Virus record (IMG/VR): IMGVR_UViG_3300012936_000004
Span: 25,415-89,414 of that record
Direction: 5' to 3' (one strand)
Origin: a virus
DNA length: 64,000 bases
Shown: in pieces, positions 52,351 to 62,174 of the stretch
How the letters are laid out: each line of letters begins with the position of its first letter
Position numbering within the stretch: the stretch's first letter is position 1
The notes under the pieces: model-generated
Database searches by the model: none
Told to the model about the DNA's origin: nothing
What the model saw: the letters and a program-made list of their open reading frames with translations, nothing else
Translations under genes and position numbers: made by a program

Positions 52351-53250
52351 TTAGATTCCTGCTAGTTGTTTTAGTGCATCGATGCTGTTATCTGGTGATT
52401 CATTTTTAGATTCCATGTAACCAAGCATATCATTAAAATCATTCTCGTCAATGCCATATTTTTTCATTATTGCATTGGCTTCATCATGCATACTACGTGT
52501 TATTGGGCTTTCAGCGAAGAACTTGTCCATATCGTCTTCTTCCCATTCCATGTCATCCTCATATCCATACTTTTTATTAAAAGCAATATATTCGTCTTGA
52601 TCATAGCTATCACTCATAATGCCTGAATTCAACATAGCTTGCATCCATCCGTTTGCAAGTTCGTCACCGTTAACACCTGTCTTTGTGTTATACTTTTCAG
52701 CCCATTCCTGTACTTCAATGTCGGCTTGTTTCATACTGCCTTCAGCAACACCAGAAAGTGATCTTAGTCTATTGATATCGTCATCTAATTTGTGTGCTAC
52801 ATCTTTTTTCATTGTAGTTTTGTGTGTTTTACCACCAAATTCAAATGTGTCTTTACCTGCACGAGCCGCTGCCGCTGCCGCTTGATTAAAAGCATTTTCA
52901 TCAATGTCTGCTTCGTCTACTGGTTCTTCGTTGTACTTTTTCTTTTTACCGTACTTGCCTTCTTTAAATTCAGCATATGCTTCTGTTACACTTTCTACTG
53001 TGTGATCAGGATAAATTTCTTCATCTACTGTAACATGGTCGCCTTTTGCTTTTAAATAACGTCTGAGGCTTGTATCTGCGGCACTACCCATTGTGGCTAG
53101 CGGATCATCCATCATTTCTTCTTGTGGTCTAGTTGTTGCATCTTCAAAACCCGCACTATCAGCTTCTTCAACTTCTGCTGTTGGCTCTAACTTGTTTAAA
53201 AGTTCTGGGTTTACGATGCCTGCTAATTTAACTAAGTCTCTTAAATCCAT
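52351..53250 (-). CDS. acidic putative prohead core protein
   Basis: three L..L(A/S)G(I/V) motifs; many x-x-E sites. Confidence 0.65.
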   Translation of the reverse strand: MDLRDLVKLAGIVNPELLNKLEPTAEVEEADSAGFEDATTRPQEEMMDDPLATMGSAADTSLRRYLKAKGDHVTVDEEIYPDHTVESVTEAYAEFKEGKYGKKKKYNEEPVDEADIDENAFNQAAAAAARAGKDTFEFGGKTHKTTMKKDVAHKLDDDINRLRSLSGVAEGSMKQADIEVQEWAEKYNTKTGVNGDELANGWMQAMLNSGIMSDSYDQDEYIAFNKKYGYEDDMEWEEDDMDKFFAESPITRSMHDEANAIMKKYGIDENDFNDMLGYMESKNESPDNSIDALKQLAGI

Positions 53251-53251
53251 T

Positions 53252-53752
53252 TTATTCTACCTTATACTCTGTCATGTTTTCTGATTTAGGTAAATTTTTA
53301 ACAAACTTTTCAACAAAGTCGTTTCCATAATTATCACTGTGATCTACTTTTTCTGACTCACTGTAATCTGCGTCTGCTAATACGCTTTTACCTTCTTCTG
53401 CGTCATCTTCATCTAGCGGATGAATTTCTTCAAACTCGCCTTCGTTATAAACACGGATCGTTCCGTAATGAATATTTGCCGCATTTGCTAATTCTTCTTG
53501 TAATGCAGGAGGTGTTGTTGGTAGTCTTACCTCAACCTCAAATGTAGTTACTGCACTAGGACCAATGTTACCAAAGCCAGCTGGGCTTTTTTGTATAATA
53601 CTTGTTTTTGGCGCACTAACGCTTTCTACATTATATCTTGCAAGATATGCTTCAATCTTGTCCATTGCTTCTTCTGTCATAGGTGCAACTGTTTGCACTT
53701 TAAACTTATATGATTTTTCAGATTCTGCAATATATTGTGCTAAACTTTTCAT
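53252..53752 (-). CDS. putative head protein
   Basis: MKSLAQYIAESE, similar to the T4 internal-protein capsid-targeting sequence. Confidence 0.65.
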   Translation of the reverse strand: MKSLAQYIAESEKSYKFKVQTVAPMTEEAMDKIEAYLARYNVESVSAPKTSIIQKSPAGFGNIGPSAVTTFEVEVRLPTTPPALQEELANAANIHYGTIRVYNEGEFEEIHPLDEDDAEEGKSVLADADYSESEKVDHSDNYGNDFVEKFVKNLPKSENMTEYKVE

Positions 53753-53772
53753 ATGATTAATCCTTACTAAAG

Positions 53773-54300
53773 TTATTTATCAGAATTATTAGATTTTATG
53801 CGGTCTACTAAGTCATTTAGTAAACTACTTCTATCAAAAAATTCTTCTGCTTCTCCTTCGATTGCTGTATCGCCTTTTGCGTTCTCTTTAGCAATCTGAT
53901 GTTCTAGTTTCTTTTCTTCTAAGTCAAGTTTACGTTTACGCATTTGCATTTCGATCATTTTGAGTTTTTTATCCATTTTTGCTGTTTTAGCAGTGATGGC
54001 ATTTGTCATCATTTTACTCGCACTATCAAATACAGGAGCCGCATGTCTATCTTCTACATTCTGTCCTAAGTCCATTAAATCCTGAAACGCTCCTATTGCT
54101 TGTGTTGCATAATCATCCATTTCGTGATCTAATGCTTCTAAATCTCGTACTGCTGGAAGTGCGGCATCAATTTTATCCACAGTTTCCATTGTTTCTTTTA
54201 ACTTGTCTAAATCAAAACCTGTTTCTTCTTCTTGTATAGGCTTTTCAATTTCTTCTTTCATTGGAGGTAAGTCAAATACTTCTTCGATTTTTCTACTCAT
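53773..54300 (-). CDS. probable terminase small subunit (T4 gp16-like)
   Basis: helical hairpin F.DLMDLG.NVE.RH...VF..AS.MM; location in packaging cluster. Confidence 0.6.
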   Translation of the reverse strand: MSRKIEEVFDLPPMKEEIEKPIQEEETGFDLDKLKETMETVDKIDAALPAVRDLEALDHEMDDYATQAIGAFQDLMDLGQNVEDRHAAPVFDSASKMMTNAITAKTAKMDKKLKMIEMQMRKRKLDLEEKKLEHQIAKENAKGDTAIEGEAEEFFDRSSLLNDLVDRIKSNNSDK

Positions 54301-54740
54301 TTTTTCTTCCTCTTTTTAGGATTATTGAATAACTCGTTTTCTGTAAGCACTCTAAATCCTACACCTTTTTGTTCTGCAAATACTTTTGCGGCTTGCCATT
54401 TAGCTTCATTTACTATAGCGGCGGCTTTTTGCGCTGTACCTTTAGCATTACCTAGTATTTGTCCAGCGGGTTTTATTTCTATAAATTCTGCTTGTCTATT
54501 TCCACTACGATCTTCGTATACTACAAAAAAATCAGGTACGTAATTACTTGCTTTTTGTGTTAAAGGATTGCGATATGGTATCCTGTGACTTTCACTAGCC
54601 CATGCAATAATGTTAGGATGATCATCACAAACTCGCATAAACTTTAATTCCCATCCACTTCGATAACGTGGACGATGTTTTCCTATATATTTGCTAGGAT
54701 TTTTAAGTTTATATATACCTTGTTGAAACTTTGTTGCCAT
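54297..54740 (-). CDS. gp4: head completion nuclease (T4 gp4-like, TnsA fold)
   Basis: NP.KY.G, YRSGWE..FM..CD, WASE, Y.PDF, IEIKP, N.AKW.AA. Confidence 0.9.
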   Translation of the reverse strand: MATKFQQGIYKLKNPSKYIGKHRPRYRSGWELKFMRVCDDHPNIIAWASESHRIPYRNPLTQKASNYVPDFFVVYEDRSGNRQAEFIEIKPAGQILGNAKGTAQKAAAIVNEAKWQAAKVFAEQKGVGFRVLTENELFNNPKKRKKK

Positions 54741-54754
54741 TATATAGGTATTTA

Positions 54755-55879
54755 TTAAAAAGCATCACCTATCTTATTTACAAAAGCAGGATATGCTTTT
54801 TTAACATCAAACCTTGGTGGATTTCTATTTGGATTATTATCATATCCACCTCCTTGATTAGATATCCCAACATCTTTGCCTGCTGGTCTTCCATCAATAT
54901 CATACATAGGCAACTCAGGCACAGGCGGTTCATTAGGAATATTAATTCCTACCGGTCTTCCATCAAATGCTTGACCTTCATCTTGAAAATTAGGAGTTCC
55001 TGATAAAACTGGATTCCCATTCTTATCTGTAACAACAGTTCCATCTGTGGATCTAACAAAGGGTTGTCCAAATTCTTTATTTGTTGGACCTCTATTATCT
55101 ACATTTCCTAGTGGAATAGCACGACCTACTCCATCTTTAATTACTTCGCCTGCGGCATTAACTAATACGCCTGCCGCCGCACTCTTTGCTACATTATATG
55201 CTTGTGTAGGAGCACCAATGCCGATACTTTGTGATCCGTTACTTTCATTTCCAGTTTCAAAATTAACTTGTTCTGGCATAAGTTGAACTTGCCATAGTAC
55301 AGGAGCACTATCACTATAGTCTAGTCTGTCGTGTTGTACTTGAGATATCATACAATTGTACATTGTAACACTTCTCTTAGAAGATCTTGTGTCATGACTT
55401 ATAATTTTAATTTTAGGAAAGAAGTATCTTTGTTCTGTAGGAACAGCATTTAGTCCAAATGTTCCATCAAATTCTGGTAGAACTGTGTCGTACTTTATAA
55501 TTGTACCTTGTGAAACACTATGTCCATGTCCGTAATGTTGTGCATAAGACTCCATTAAATACTGCCATTGGTTGTCAACAGTATCATAAAATGAAATCGC
55601 CGCCGCTGTTGGTTCTATACGAGTATGTACATGACGTAATCTGTTATACTGATTAACAGTTGTAGTGTTATAGCTATAATCCGGTAAGTTTACACCTTGC
55701 ACTCTGTGAAAGGTGAAACTTCTGCCATAGGATGAATCTTTTAAAATAACGCTTTCGTTTATAGTAATCTCAACGGAAAACTGAAACTTCTTGCGTGGGA
55801 TTTTTGACATTATAGAGTCATCAGCACCATAATGTTCTGCGGCTGCATTATAAGGGCCAGTATTAGCAGTTAATCCCAT
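54755..55879 (-). CDS. tail tube-like / baseplate tube initiator protein
   Basis: LP.Y......NQYNR, ISFYD, LDYSDS; follows tail tube gene. Confidence 0.7.
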   Translation of the reverse strand: MGLTANTGPYNAAAEHYGADDSIMSKIPRKKFQFSVEITINESVILKDSSYGRSFTFHRVQGVNLPDYSYNTTTVNQYNRLRHVHTRIEPTAAAISFYDTVDNQWQYLMESYAQHYGHGHSVSQGTIIKYDTVLPEFDGTFGLNAVPTEQRYFFPKIKIISHDTRSSKRSVTMYNCMISQVQHDRLDYSDSAPVLWQVQLMPEQVNFETGNESNGSQSIGIGAPTQAYNVAKSAAAGVLVNAAGEVIKDGVGRAIPLGNVDNRGPTNKEFGQPFVRSTDGTVVTDKNGNPVLSGTPNFQDEGQAFDGRPVGINIPNEPPVPELPMYDIDGRPAGKDVGISNQGGGYDNNPNRNPPRFDVKKAYPAFVNKIGDAF

Positions 55880-55891
55880 CTGTTAGCTACC

Positions 55892-56497
55892 TTATGAAGT
55901 TGTATTACCACCAGTAGCGTTACTGATTGTTTGGTCTTGTCCTGCGCCTGTTAGTGTTGCGTTTCCTGCCGCATCATAAATTTCAGCATTGTCGTAACGA
56001 ATTGTTACTGACATTTGTACTTGATCACTTGTTGAATAAGCCATATCACCGTATTGAATATTACTAATATAGCAACCTGCTAGTTCAAATTTATCTAGTA
56101 CACCTGGTGTTGGATTTGCACCGTCAAGTGTTTCGACTACTGTTTGGAACTTGTATGATGCACCTGCACGTGGTGCGCTTTGTGTTGCATGATCAACTTG
56201 TCTATTAAGCTGATTATTTAATTCTCTTAATACTGCACTATCTACATCATCACGCAATGTAATTGTTACTGGCTCCCAAGTATGCTTACCAGCAAGATAA
56301 ATTCTACTGTTATACATATCTAATGGAATCTCGTCATGTGTTAGTGCCGGCCTTGTTACAGTCATTACGCTACGTGTTGGTGTTGGTGAAAATCCGTCAC
56401 CGATAAATTGTACACGGAAGCGATACTGTAGTTTTGGCATAATTGTTGTAGTGTTACCTGCATTGTCTGGTACACCTAGTGTTGTTAAAACTGCCAT
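55892..56497 (-). CDS. gp19: tail tube protein
   Basis: PKLQYRFRV, YLAGKHTW, TLRDD, IRYDNA. Confidence 0.9.
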   Translation of the reverse strand: MAVLTTLGVPDNAGNTTTIMPKLQYRFRVQFIGDGFSPTPTRSVMTVTRPALTHDEIPLDMYNSRIYLAGKHTWEPVTITLRDDVDSAVLRELNNQLNRQVDHATQSAPRAGASYKFQTVVETLDGANPTPGVLDKFELAGCYISNIQYGDMAYSTSDQVQMSVTIRYDNAEIYDAAGNATLTGAGQDQTISNATGGNTTS

Positions 56498-56550
56498 AAT
56501 AATCTCCTCATAATACTGGCTCTATACGTATTTATTAAAATTAGTCAAAA

Positions 56551-56576
56551 AATTAGGCGCCCTTGAACGCCTAATT
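56551..56576 (-). terminator. intrinsic terminator after the sheath gene
   Basis: aattaggcg-cccttgaa-cgcctaatt followed by U-run on the minus strand. Confidence 0.7.
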
Positions 56577-56597
56577 AAGTTTATAGTTAATTTATTA

Positions 56598-59000
56598 TTA
56601 TATTTGTGCTGAAAGTGTGCCAGTATTTACAATTCTAATTGGAATGTAAATAAACTCTGCTACTTTAGCTGGCTCAATCGCAACATCAATGTATAATTCG
56701 TTACGATCAATTCTTGCTGGTGTATTGTTTGTTTCATCACATACAACTGCAAAGTCAAAAATTCCTCTGCGGCTTAAAATGTCTGCTAAGAAACGTTCAA
56801 ACACTAGTTTAGCTCTATCACGTGTTTGCTGGTCGTTAATCTCAAATAAGAATGGACGAGCAATATGATCAAAACGTTCACGCAAGTAAGCAACTAAACG
56901 TGCTACGTTTACACGATCTAATGCACTATCAAATTGATGTAGTGTTTTTTGTCCGAAAACAACTGTACCTTGTCCAATAAATGTTGTGATTGGATTTAGT
57001 TTCTTTTCGTACATTGCATCTCTTTGACCTTGTGTTAGTGCAATTGATTTAAATTCACCTTCGTCAGTTAAGAAACCTACACTTGATGCGTTTTGTACAA
57101 CACCTCGTGTAAGACCTGCTGGAGCAAACCACTGAAACGATACATTATCATTATATGCATATGTGTATAGTGCCATGTGCGATGGAGGAACAACAACTGT
57201 TTTGCCGTTTATTGGCTCAGTTCCTGCACCCGATGGATAATAAACTGCACTATATGTGTCATTTGTTACTAATCCGTCGTCACCATTTTCGCTTGCAATT
57301 GCTTGGTTTTGTACCCAATTAACTGCATCTGTTGGATTTTTACGCATTGGTGTGTCAATAATAATAAATCCTGTTTCGCCTCTATCACTGTTTAGTGCTA
57401 CTAGTTCATCTGTTAGTTCAGGAAAGTTAGGAGCCGCTAACAATGTGAATGAGTTTGACGGATCACGTAGATCTTCGCCAATTGCAACCGCTTGCATTTT
57501 TGCCGCAATATATTTGTGTTGTGCAAAACGTCCAAATGCGCCTGAGCCATCTGCATGGTTTGCTACTGCATTTCTCCATTCAGTTGCTGATCCATCATAT
57601 TCACGAACAGTATTTGAACTTTGACCCATGTTAACTGCAAGCATCCCATCTGGGAATACTAGTGGATCTGGTGCACCTGTAATTGTTGTTGCCGCACCGC
57701 TGTTAGATGTGTCGCCTGCTGTGTCAGTAATATTTCCAAACAATACACCACGTGCAGTTGTTTGATCTGTATTATCATGTTGTACCCAGTCGCCTACTGA
57801 ACTGTTATATACACGCATATCTGGATATGATCTTTCGTTTGGTTGATTTGTATCTGCTAACAATGTGTTAACCCATACATCACCTGCACTTGGATTTGAC
57901 GGAGCATTTGCACTATATGATACACTTGAAGCTGGAACAAATGTGCCTGAATCTAAAACATAAATGTCTAATTCATCTAATTCAGGTTTGAACCATACTT
58001 GACCGTCTGCCGCTGTAGCAGTTGGGAAAGCAATACTTGCTTTTAGTGAACTAATTGCACCTGCCGCACTTGAAGCATCTAATACTTTAAGTGTTAAAAT
58101 ACCGCCTGTTGTGTCAACAACTATTTTATCTTCTTGTGATGCGCTTGCTGTTAATGCACTTGAGCTTGTACCATTTGCTGGAACATAACCAGTTACACTA
58201 GCACCTGTGCCAACACCAAGTACTTCTCTTGATACCCATCCTGTTGTTATATATTCATATACAACTAAGTTAAGACCGTTACCTGGAGATGTTGTTTTGA
58301 CCCAAACATCACCGTTACTTGGTGCCGCTGGTGTACTAAAGTGTTCGTCGAATGTTGCTGAACCTGAAATTGCGGCCCATGCTCCTCCGGATTCTGCATA
58401 GTATTCAATTGTATTATCTGCTTCACTAATTACAACATGGAAGCCACCTGTTACAACTGTAGCTGATGGTGCTGTGCCTGCCGCACCAGCAATAACTTCT
58501 ACTGTTGGAATTTTATTTTGCCATACATCAAGTGTACTATTATATGTATGAATACCATATGTACTTGCGTCTGTGTCTAACCAGTTTGTATTTACTGTTG
58601 ACCATGCCGCTGTTGGTGTTGCTGTAGTTGGCTCTAGTGCGCCTAAGTCTACATCAGCACGAACGATGTATGCAGTGTTACCTTGACCTAAGTAGCTGTA
58701 AGCCGCCATTAGACCGTATTCATTTGTTTCGTCACCTTGGACCACAACGTCTGTACTATTTGTACGGAAAGTTGGGTTACCAAAGAACTGTGTTACTTCT
58801 CGTTGTGATGTAACACGTACTACTTCACCTGCATGAGTACTCTTCGTGTATTTTGCAATACCGTCTGAAGCACTACCTGTAGGATCTGCTTTGTTTTCTC
58901 TTGTAGCTAGAACAATCAACGGACTTGTGCCAGCGCCTGGAGCACCGTATGCACTTTCATCTGAGATTTGTACTTCTACACCTGGGGATACTAAAGCCAT
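56598..59000 (-). CDS. gp18: contractile tail sheath protein
   Basis: MALVSPGVEV, WFAPAG..RG, GQKT, LDRVNVARL, CDETNNTP.RIDRNE. Confidence 0.95.
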   Translation of the reverse strand: MALVSPGVEVQISDESAYGAPGAGTSPLIVLATRENKADPTGSASDGIAKYTKSTHAGEVVRVTSQREVTQFFGNPTFRTNSTDVVVQGDETNEYGLMAAYSYLGQGNTAYIVRADVDLGALEPTTATPTAAWSTVNTNWLDTDASTYGIHTYNSTLDVWQNKIPTVEVIAGAAGTAPSATVVTGGFHVVISEADNTIEYYAESGGAWAAISGSATFDEHFSTPAAPSNGDVWVKTTSPGNGLNLVVYEYITTGWVSREVLGVGTGASVTGYVPANGTSSSALTASASQEDKIVVDTTGGILTLKVLDASSAAGAISSLKASIAFPTATAADGQVWFKPELDELDIYVLDSGTFVPASSVSYSANAPSNPSAGDVWVNTLLADTNQPNERSYPDMRVYNSSVGDWVQHDNTDQTTARGVLFGNITDTAGDTSNSGAATTITGAPDPLVFPDGMLAVNMGQSSNTVREYDGSATEWRNAVANHADGSGAFGRFAQHKYIAAKMQAVAIGEDLRDPSNSFTLLAAPNFPELTDELVALNSDRGETGFIIIDTPMRKNPTDAVNWVQNQAIASENGDDGLVTNDTYSAVYYPSGAGTEPINGKTVVVPPSHMALYTYAYNDNVSFQWFAPAGLTRGVVQNASSVGFLTDEGEFKSIALTQGQRDAMYEKKLNPITTFIGQGTVVFGQKTLHQFDSALDRVNVARLVAYLRERFDHIARPFLFEINDQQTRDRAKLVFERFLADILSRRGIFDFAVVCDETNNTPARIDRNELYIDVAIEPAKVAEFIYIPIRIVNTGTLSAQI

Positions 59001-59090
59001 TATATTTCTCCTCTGGATTTGTATTTGATAATACTATTTACCAGAGTTGCTATATATTCAGGGTGAAACGGATGTTAACTACGTACTTAA

Positions 59091-59636
59091 TTAACTTACT
59101 CTTTCTAAATATGCCATATCTAAGTGTAAAGGTTCATCTCTTACATATTTTAAATCTATTACTGTGCTTATACCTAGTACACTTGCACCTGTTTGTTCTA
59201 ATAGATGTTTAGTTGCTAATACACTACCGCCAGTTGCTACTAAGTCATCTGCTATTATACAACGGTCTGTATGCCCTAGTAATCCTGTTTGTAGTGTTAG
59301 TGTTGCTTCTCCGTATTCAAGTTCATAACTTTGTTCTAATAGTTCTCCAGGATACTTTGCACCTTTTTTACGAACCATTATAAATGGCAAGTTCATTGAA
59401 TGTGCTAGTATACTACCTAGTACAAAACCTCTACTTTCAATACCAACTATATGTGTAGGAGTTCTATGTTCAAATCTACAACGTGTTTTAATTAATAGTT
59501 CTTCCATAGACTGATTAAAGTATGGGCCAGCAAACAAACTGTTTAGATCATAAAAGTTTACACCTTCTACAGGGTAATTAGGTATTGTTCTGATGTAATC
59601 TTTGATTGGAGTTTTTCTTAATTCTGTATTTGCCAT
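59091..59636 (-). CDS. apt: adenine phosphoribosyltransferase
   Basis: IPNYP.EGV.FYD, GIESRGF, RKKG, YELEYG, ADDLVATGG. Confidence 0.93.
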   Translation of the reverse strand: MANTELRKTPIKDYIRTIPNYPVEGVNFYDLNSLFAGPYFNQSMEELLIKTRCRFEHRTPTHIVGIESRGFVLGSILAHSMNLPFIMVRKKGAKYPGELLEQSYELEYGEATLTLQTGLLGHTDRCIIADDLVATGGSVLATKHLLEQTGASVLGISTVIDLKYVRDEPLHLDMAYLERVS

Positions 59637-59639
59637 TTT

Positions 59640-60161
59640 CTAACTTATATCCTTTACACTATAACTGTCGATGTGTGATATAAGTGCATTTACATTAAAT
59701 TCTAAATCTTCTAATGTACCGTTATTACAAATTGTATAGTCTGACATCCATTGTTCAAGGCTCATACTATTTTTATTTTCCGGTGGCAAATGATCACTAC
59801 GATCAACCCATATACAATAATCAAATACACCAGTATTACGCATTGCATGGAACTCTTTTTTGTTTCTTAATCCACAATAGATATCATATTCAGCAAACAT
59901 TTCTCTACCTAGTGTAGCAGGGTCAGGAATATTATAATCACAGATAGCATCATACCATTCTTGTCTATGGTTATGTCTATCGGCATAACATTCTTCTTCG
60001 CTAGTATAGTTATATTTGTCTTTTAGGTTGTTATAGATAAACAACTTACTACAAAACTTGCTACTACTTTCAAAAGTATAACCGTATTTGTCTCTGAGAA
60101 TTTCGCAAACAGTATCTTTGCCATGTCTGCCATGGCCAATCACAAGTAATTTTAATTTCAT
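59640..60161 (-). CDS. deoxynucleoside monophosphate kinase-like protein
   Basis: GHGRHGKDT P-loop, GLRN..E, I.NNGTLEDL; start MKLKLL. Confidence 0.75.
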   Translation of the reverse strand: MKLKLLVIGHGRHGKDTVCEILRDKYGYTFESSSKFCSKLFIYNNLKDKYNYTSEEECYADRHNHRQEWYDAICDYNIPDPATLGREMFAEYDIYCGLRNKKEFHAMRNTGVFDYCIWVDRSDHLPPENKNSMSLEQWMSDYTICNNGTLEDLEFNVNALISHIDSYSVKDIS

Positions 60162-60192
60162 GTTTAGATAATAATAGGATTTGGACTTTTTG

Positions 60193-60933
60193 TCAACCGA
60201 TAATAACACCCAAACCAGCTTGTCCGTCTGTATAAGTTTTTAATTCTTCGTCTAACTTATCTATTGCCGCTTGGGCATCCATACGTAACATGTCTGCATT
60301 TAAACTTGTACCACCTTGTGGTCCTGCGATTGTATTAAACTTACCACGAGCTTCTGCTAATATTAGTTTTGCATATGCAAGTGCAAGATCCTTAATCCAA
60401 GGAGCCGCATACGGATCGTCTAGTAGGTTTTCATCTGAACGCTCAATATAACAATGAACATAAACTGTATCGTTTACTTTTTGCTTACGATGGATTAACA
60501 ATTCTTTTGTTGTAGTATTCCATGTAAACAATAGTTCTTCACCGAACACACGACTTAGTGCTTCACGGTGTTGTGAAAGGAAATCAAACGTTGCAATTCC
60601 ACCTGCTCTACCACTGTTTAGCAAGTAGGTATTCAAATATGCTGTTTCAAATGGTTCAATGTCTCCTACACTACTAGCATTTAATGCACCAGTTGTACGT
60701 CTGTATACATCTTTAACTTCGATAATATTGTCTGGTAGTGTATAAAGAGGTTGTTCTTTCACAAGATTCAGAACATGGAAATGTTCTTCAACTGCATTTT
60801 CACTACGTTGCCTATATTTTTCAAACGACTTACGAACTGATAAGTCATAATGCTCTGGGTCAAGTTCTACATCAACCATTTGTCCGCCTAAACGGAGTTC
60901 AATTTCTTTTATTAGATCATCACGTTTTGCCAT
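60193..60933 (-). CDS. gp13: neck protein (T4 gp13-like)
   Basis: RLGG.MVDVELD, WIKD.ALA.AK..L.EARGKF..I.GP.GG..LN. Confidence 0.88.
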   Translation of the reverse strand: MAKRDDLIKEIELRLGGQMVDVELDPEHYDLSVRKSFEKYRQRSENAVEEHFHVLNLVKEQPLYTLPDNIIEVKDVYRRTTGALNASSVGDIEPFETAYLNTYLLNSGRAGGIATFDFLSQHREALSRVFGEELLFTWNTTTKELLIHRKQKVNDTVYVHCYIERSDENLLDDPYAAPWIKDLALAYAKLILAEARGKFNTIAGPQGGTSLNADMLRMDAQAAIDKLDEELKTYTDGQAGLGVIIG

Positions 60934-60947
60934 ACTACTATTTATGT

Positions 60948-62102
60948 TTATTTAAACACTTTGAGTATAATAGTCTCTTCGTTAAAACGTCCATTCATCT
61001 TAGTGTCCGTTGTTTTTAGGTATCCGAACTGTGATTTAAGTTTATGTTTAGTAACTTTTTTCCAATTTGGTAGAACTTCGTCTGGCTTACGCACTGTTTT
61101 TTGTCTACTTGTGTTCTCATTGAAAAACTGTAGTGTTGTACCTTTTACACTTAAAGTTGCATGGTCTTCTGCATAGTAAATTCCTAGCTTACGATTTTTA
61201 CAATTAAACACAACTACCGCAGATGCACCAATAACTTCTGCTGGATTAACACTTGCAATTCCATGATCTGCATCACTAGGCTTAAACTTGAGCTTCTTGA
61301 CAAGGTCTGCCGCACTTTTTTGTTTAGGCTTACGTACTGCACGTGTTTGTTTTTTCTCTGCACGTATAATATCTAATGCTTGAAAGATACGTTGGTAAAA
61401 ACTTTGTAGTTCTTTCTTTTCTTTTGTACTTAGGTGATTGTAACCTTCTGCTAACTGTTGTTGCATGTCATCCTGCTTCTTAGAAGTAGGTAGATTAATC
61501 AATTCAGTTAGTTCTTCATATGTACCTTCGTAAAACTTTTGTATAAAGCGAGCATGTCCTAAGTTAATTTCAAGTTTACGGAACAATTGTAGAGGATTTT
61601 TATCTTTAAGAGGATTCTTCTTAGGATCACGAATCCAATCATCACACCAATCGTCCAATTCTTCCATTTTATCAATAGTAGCTTCTTCTAGCCTTTCTTG
61701 AATGCTTGGAATATAGACTTGCTTCTTTTTCTTTTCTTCTGCCTTTTTAAGCTCAACAACTTTAGCGCCTTCATCTGCAAGTTCTCTGATCCACTTATCT
61801 AATTTGCCCACATATGCAGGATGAATCTTGTCAGGAGCATGTTCTTCAAAGTGTGCGGCAGTTGCGTAATGACTTTTTCCACCAACTTTCCAGTCTGGAA
61901 GTTTATTAATGTTAGCAATTATTTTTTTATCGTAATTATTTTTAATATAATTTTTAACTTTAGTAAGCCACTCTTTTGCTTCGATCATATAATGAATATC
62001 ATACTGTACAGCATTCCATCCTTTGTCTAATGGAAGCTGATCCCACGCATTTGTTCTACGTTGCGCTCTAGGTTTTTTACGTTTTGTAACACTCTTAGCC
62101 AT
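60948..62102 (-). CDS. conserved T4-like hypothetical protein
   Basis: SIQER, IIGA...VFN.K.RKLG.Y, VKGTTL, KT.RKP, NGRFNE. Confidence 0.8.
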   Translation of the reverse strand: MAKSVTKRKKPRAQRRTNAWDQLPLDKGWNAVQYDIHYMIEAKEWLTKVKNYIKNNYDKKIIANINKLPDWKVGGKSHYATAAHFEEHAPDKIHPAYVGKLDKWIRELADEGAKVVELKKAEEKKKKQVYIPSIQERLEEATIDKMEELDDWCDDWIRDPKKNPLKDKNPLQLFRKLEINLGHARFIQKFYEGTYEELTELINLPTSKKQDDMQQQLAEGYNHLSTKEKKELQSFYQRIFQALDIIRAEKKQTRAVRKPKQKSAADLVKKLKFKPSDADHGIASVNPAEVIGASAVVVFNCKNRKLGIYYAEDHATLSVKGTTLQFFNENTSRQKTVRKPDEVLPNWKKVTKHKLKSQFGYLKTTDTKMNGRFNEETIILKVFK

Positions 62103-62174
62103 ATAACTCTCCTGGACAATTCATACTTATAATAGCATCATTATATATGTTGTCAACCGATAAATACAAGTGTT

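Noticed and set aside
54297-54740. TnsA-like nuclease as a Tn7 transposon
   Set aside because: Motifs and position match the T4 gp4 head-completion protein; there is no TnsB/C or terminal repeats.
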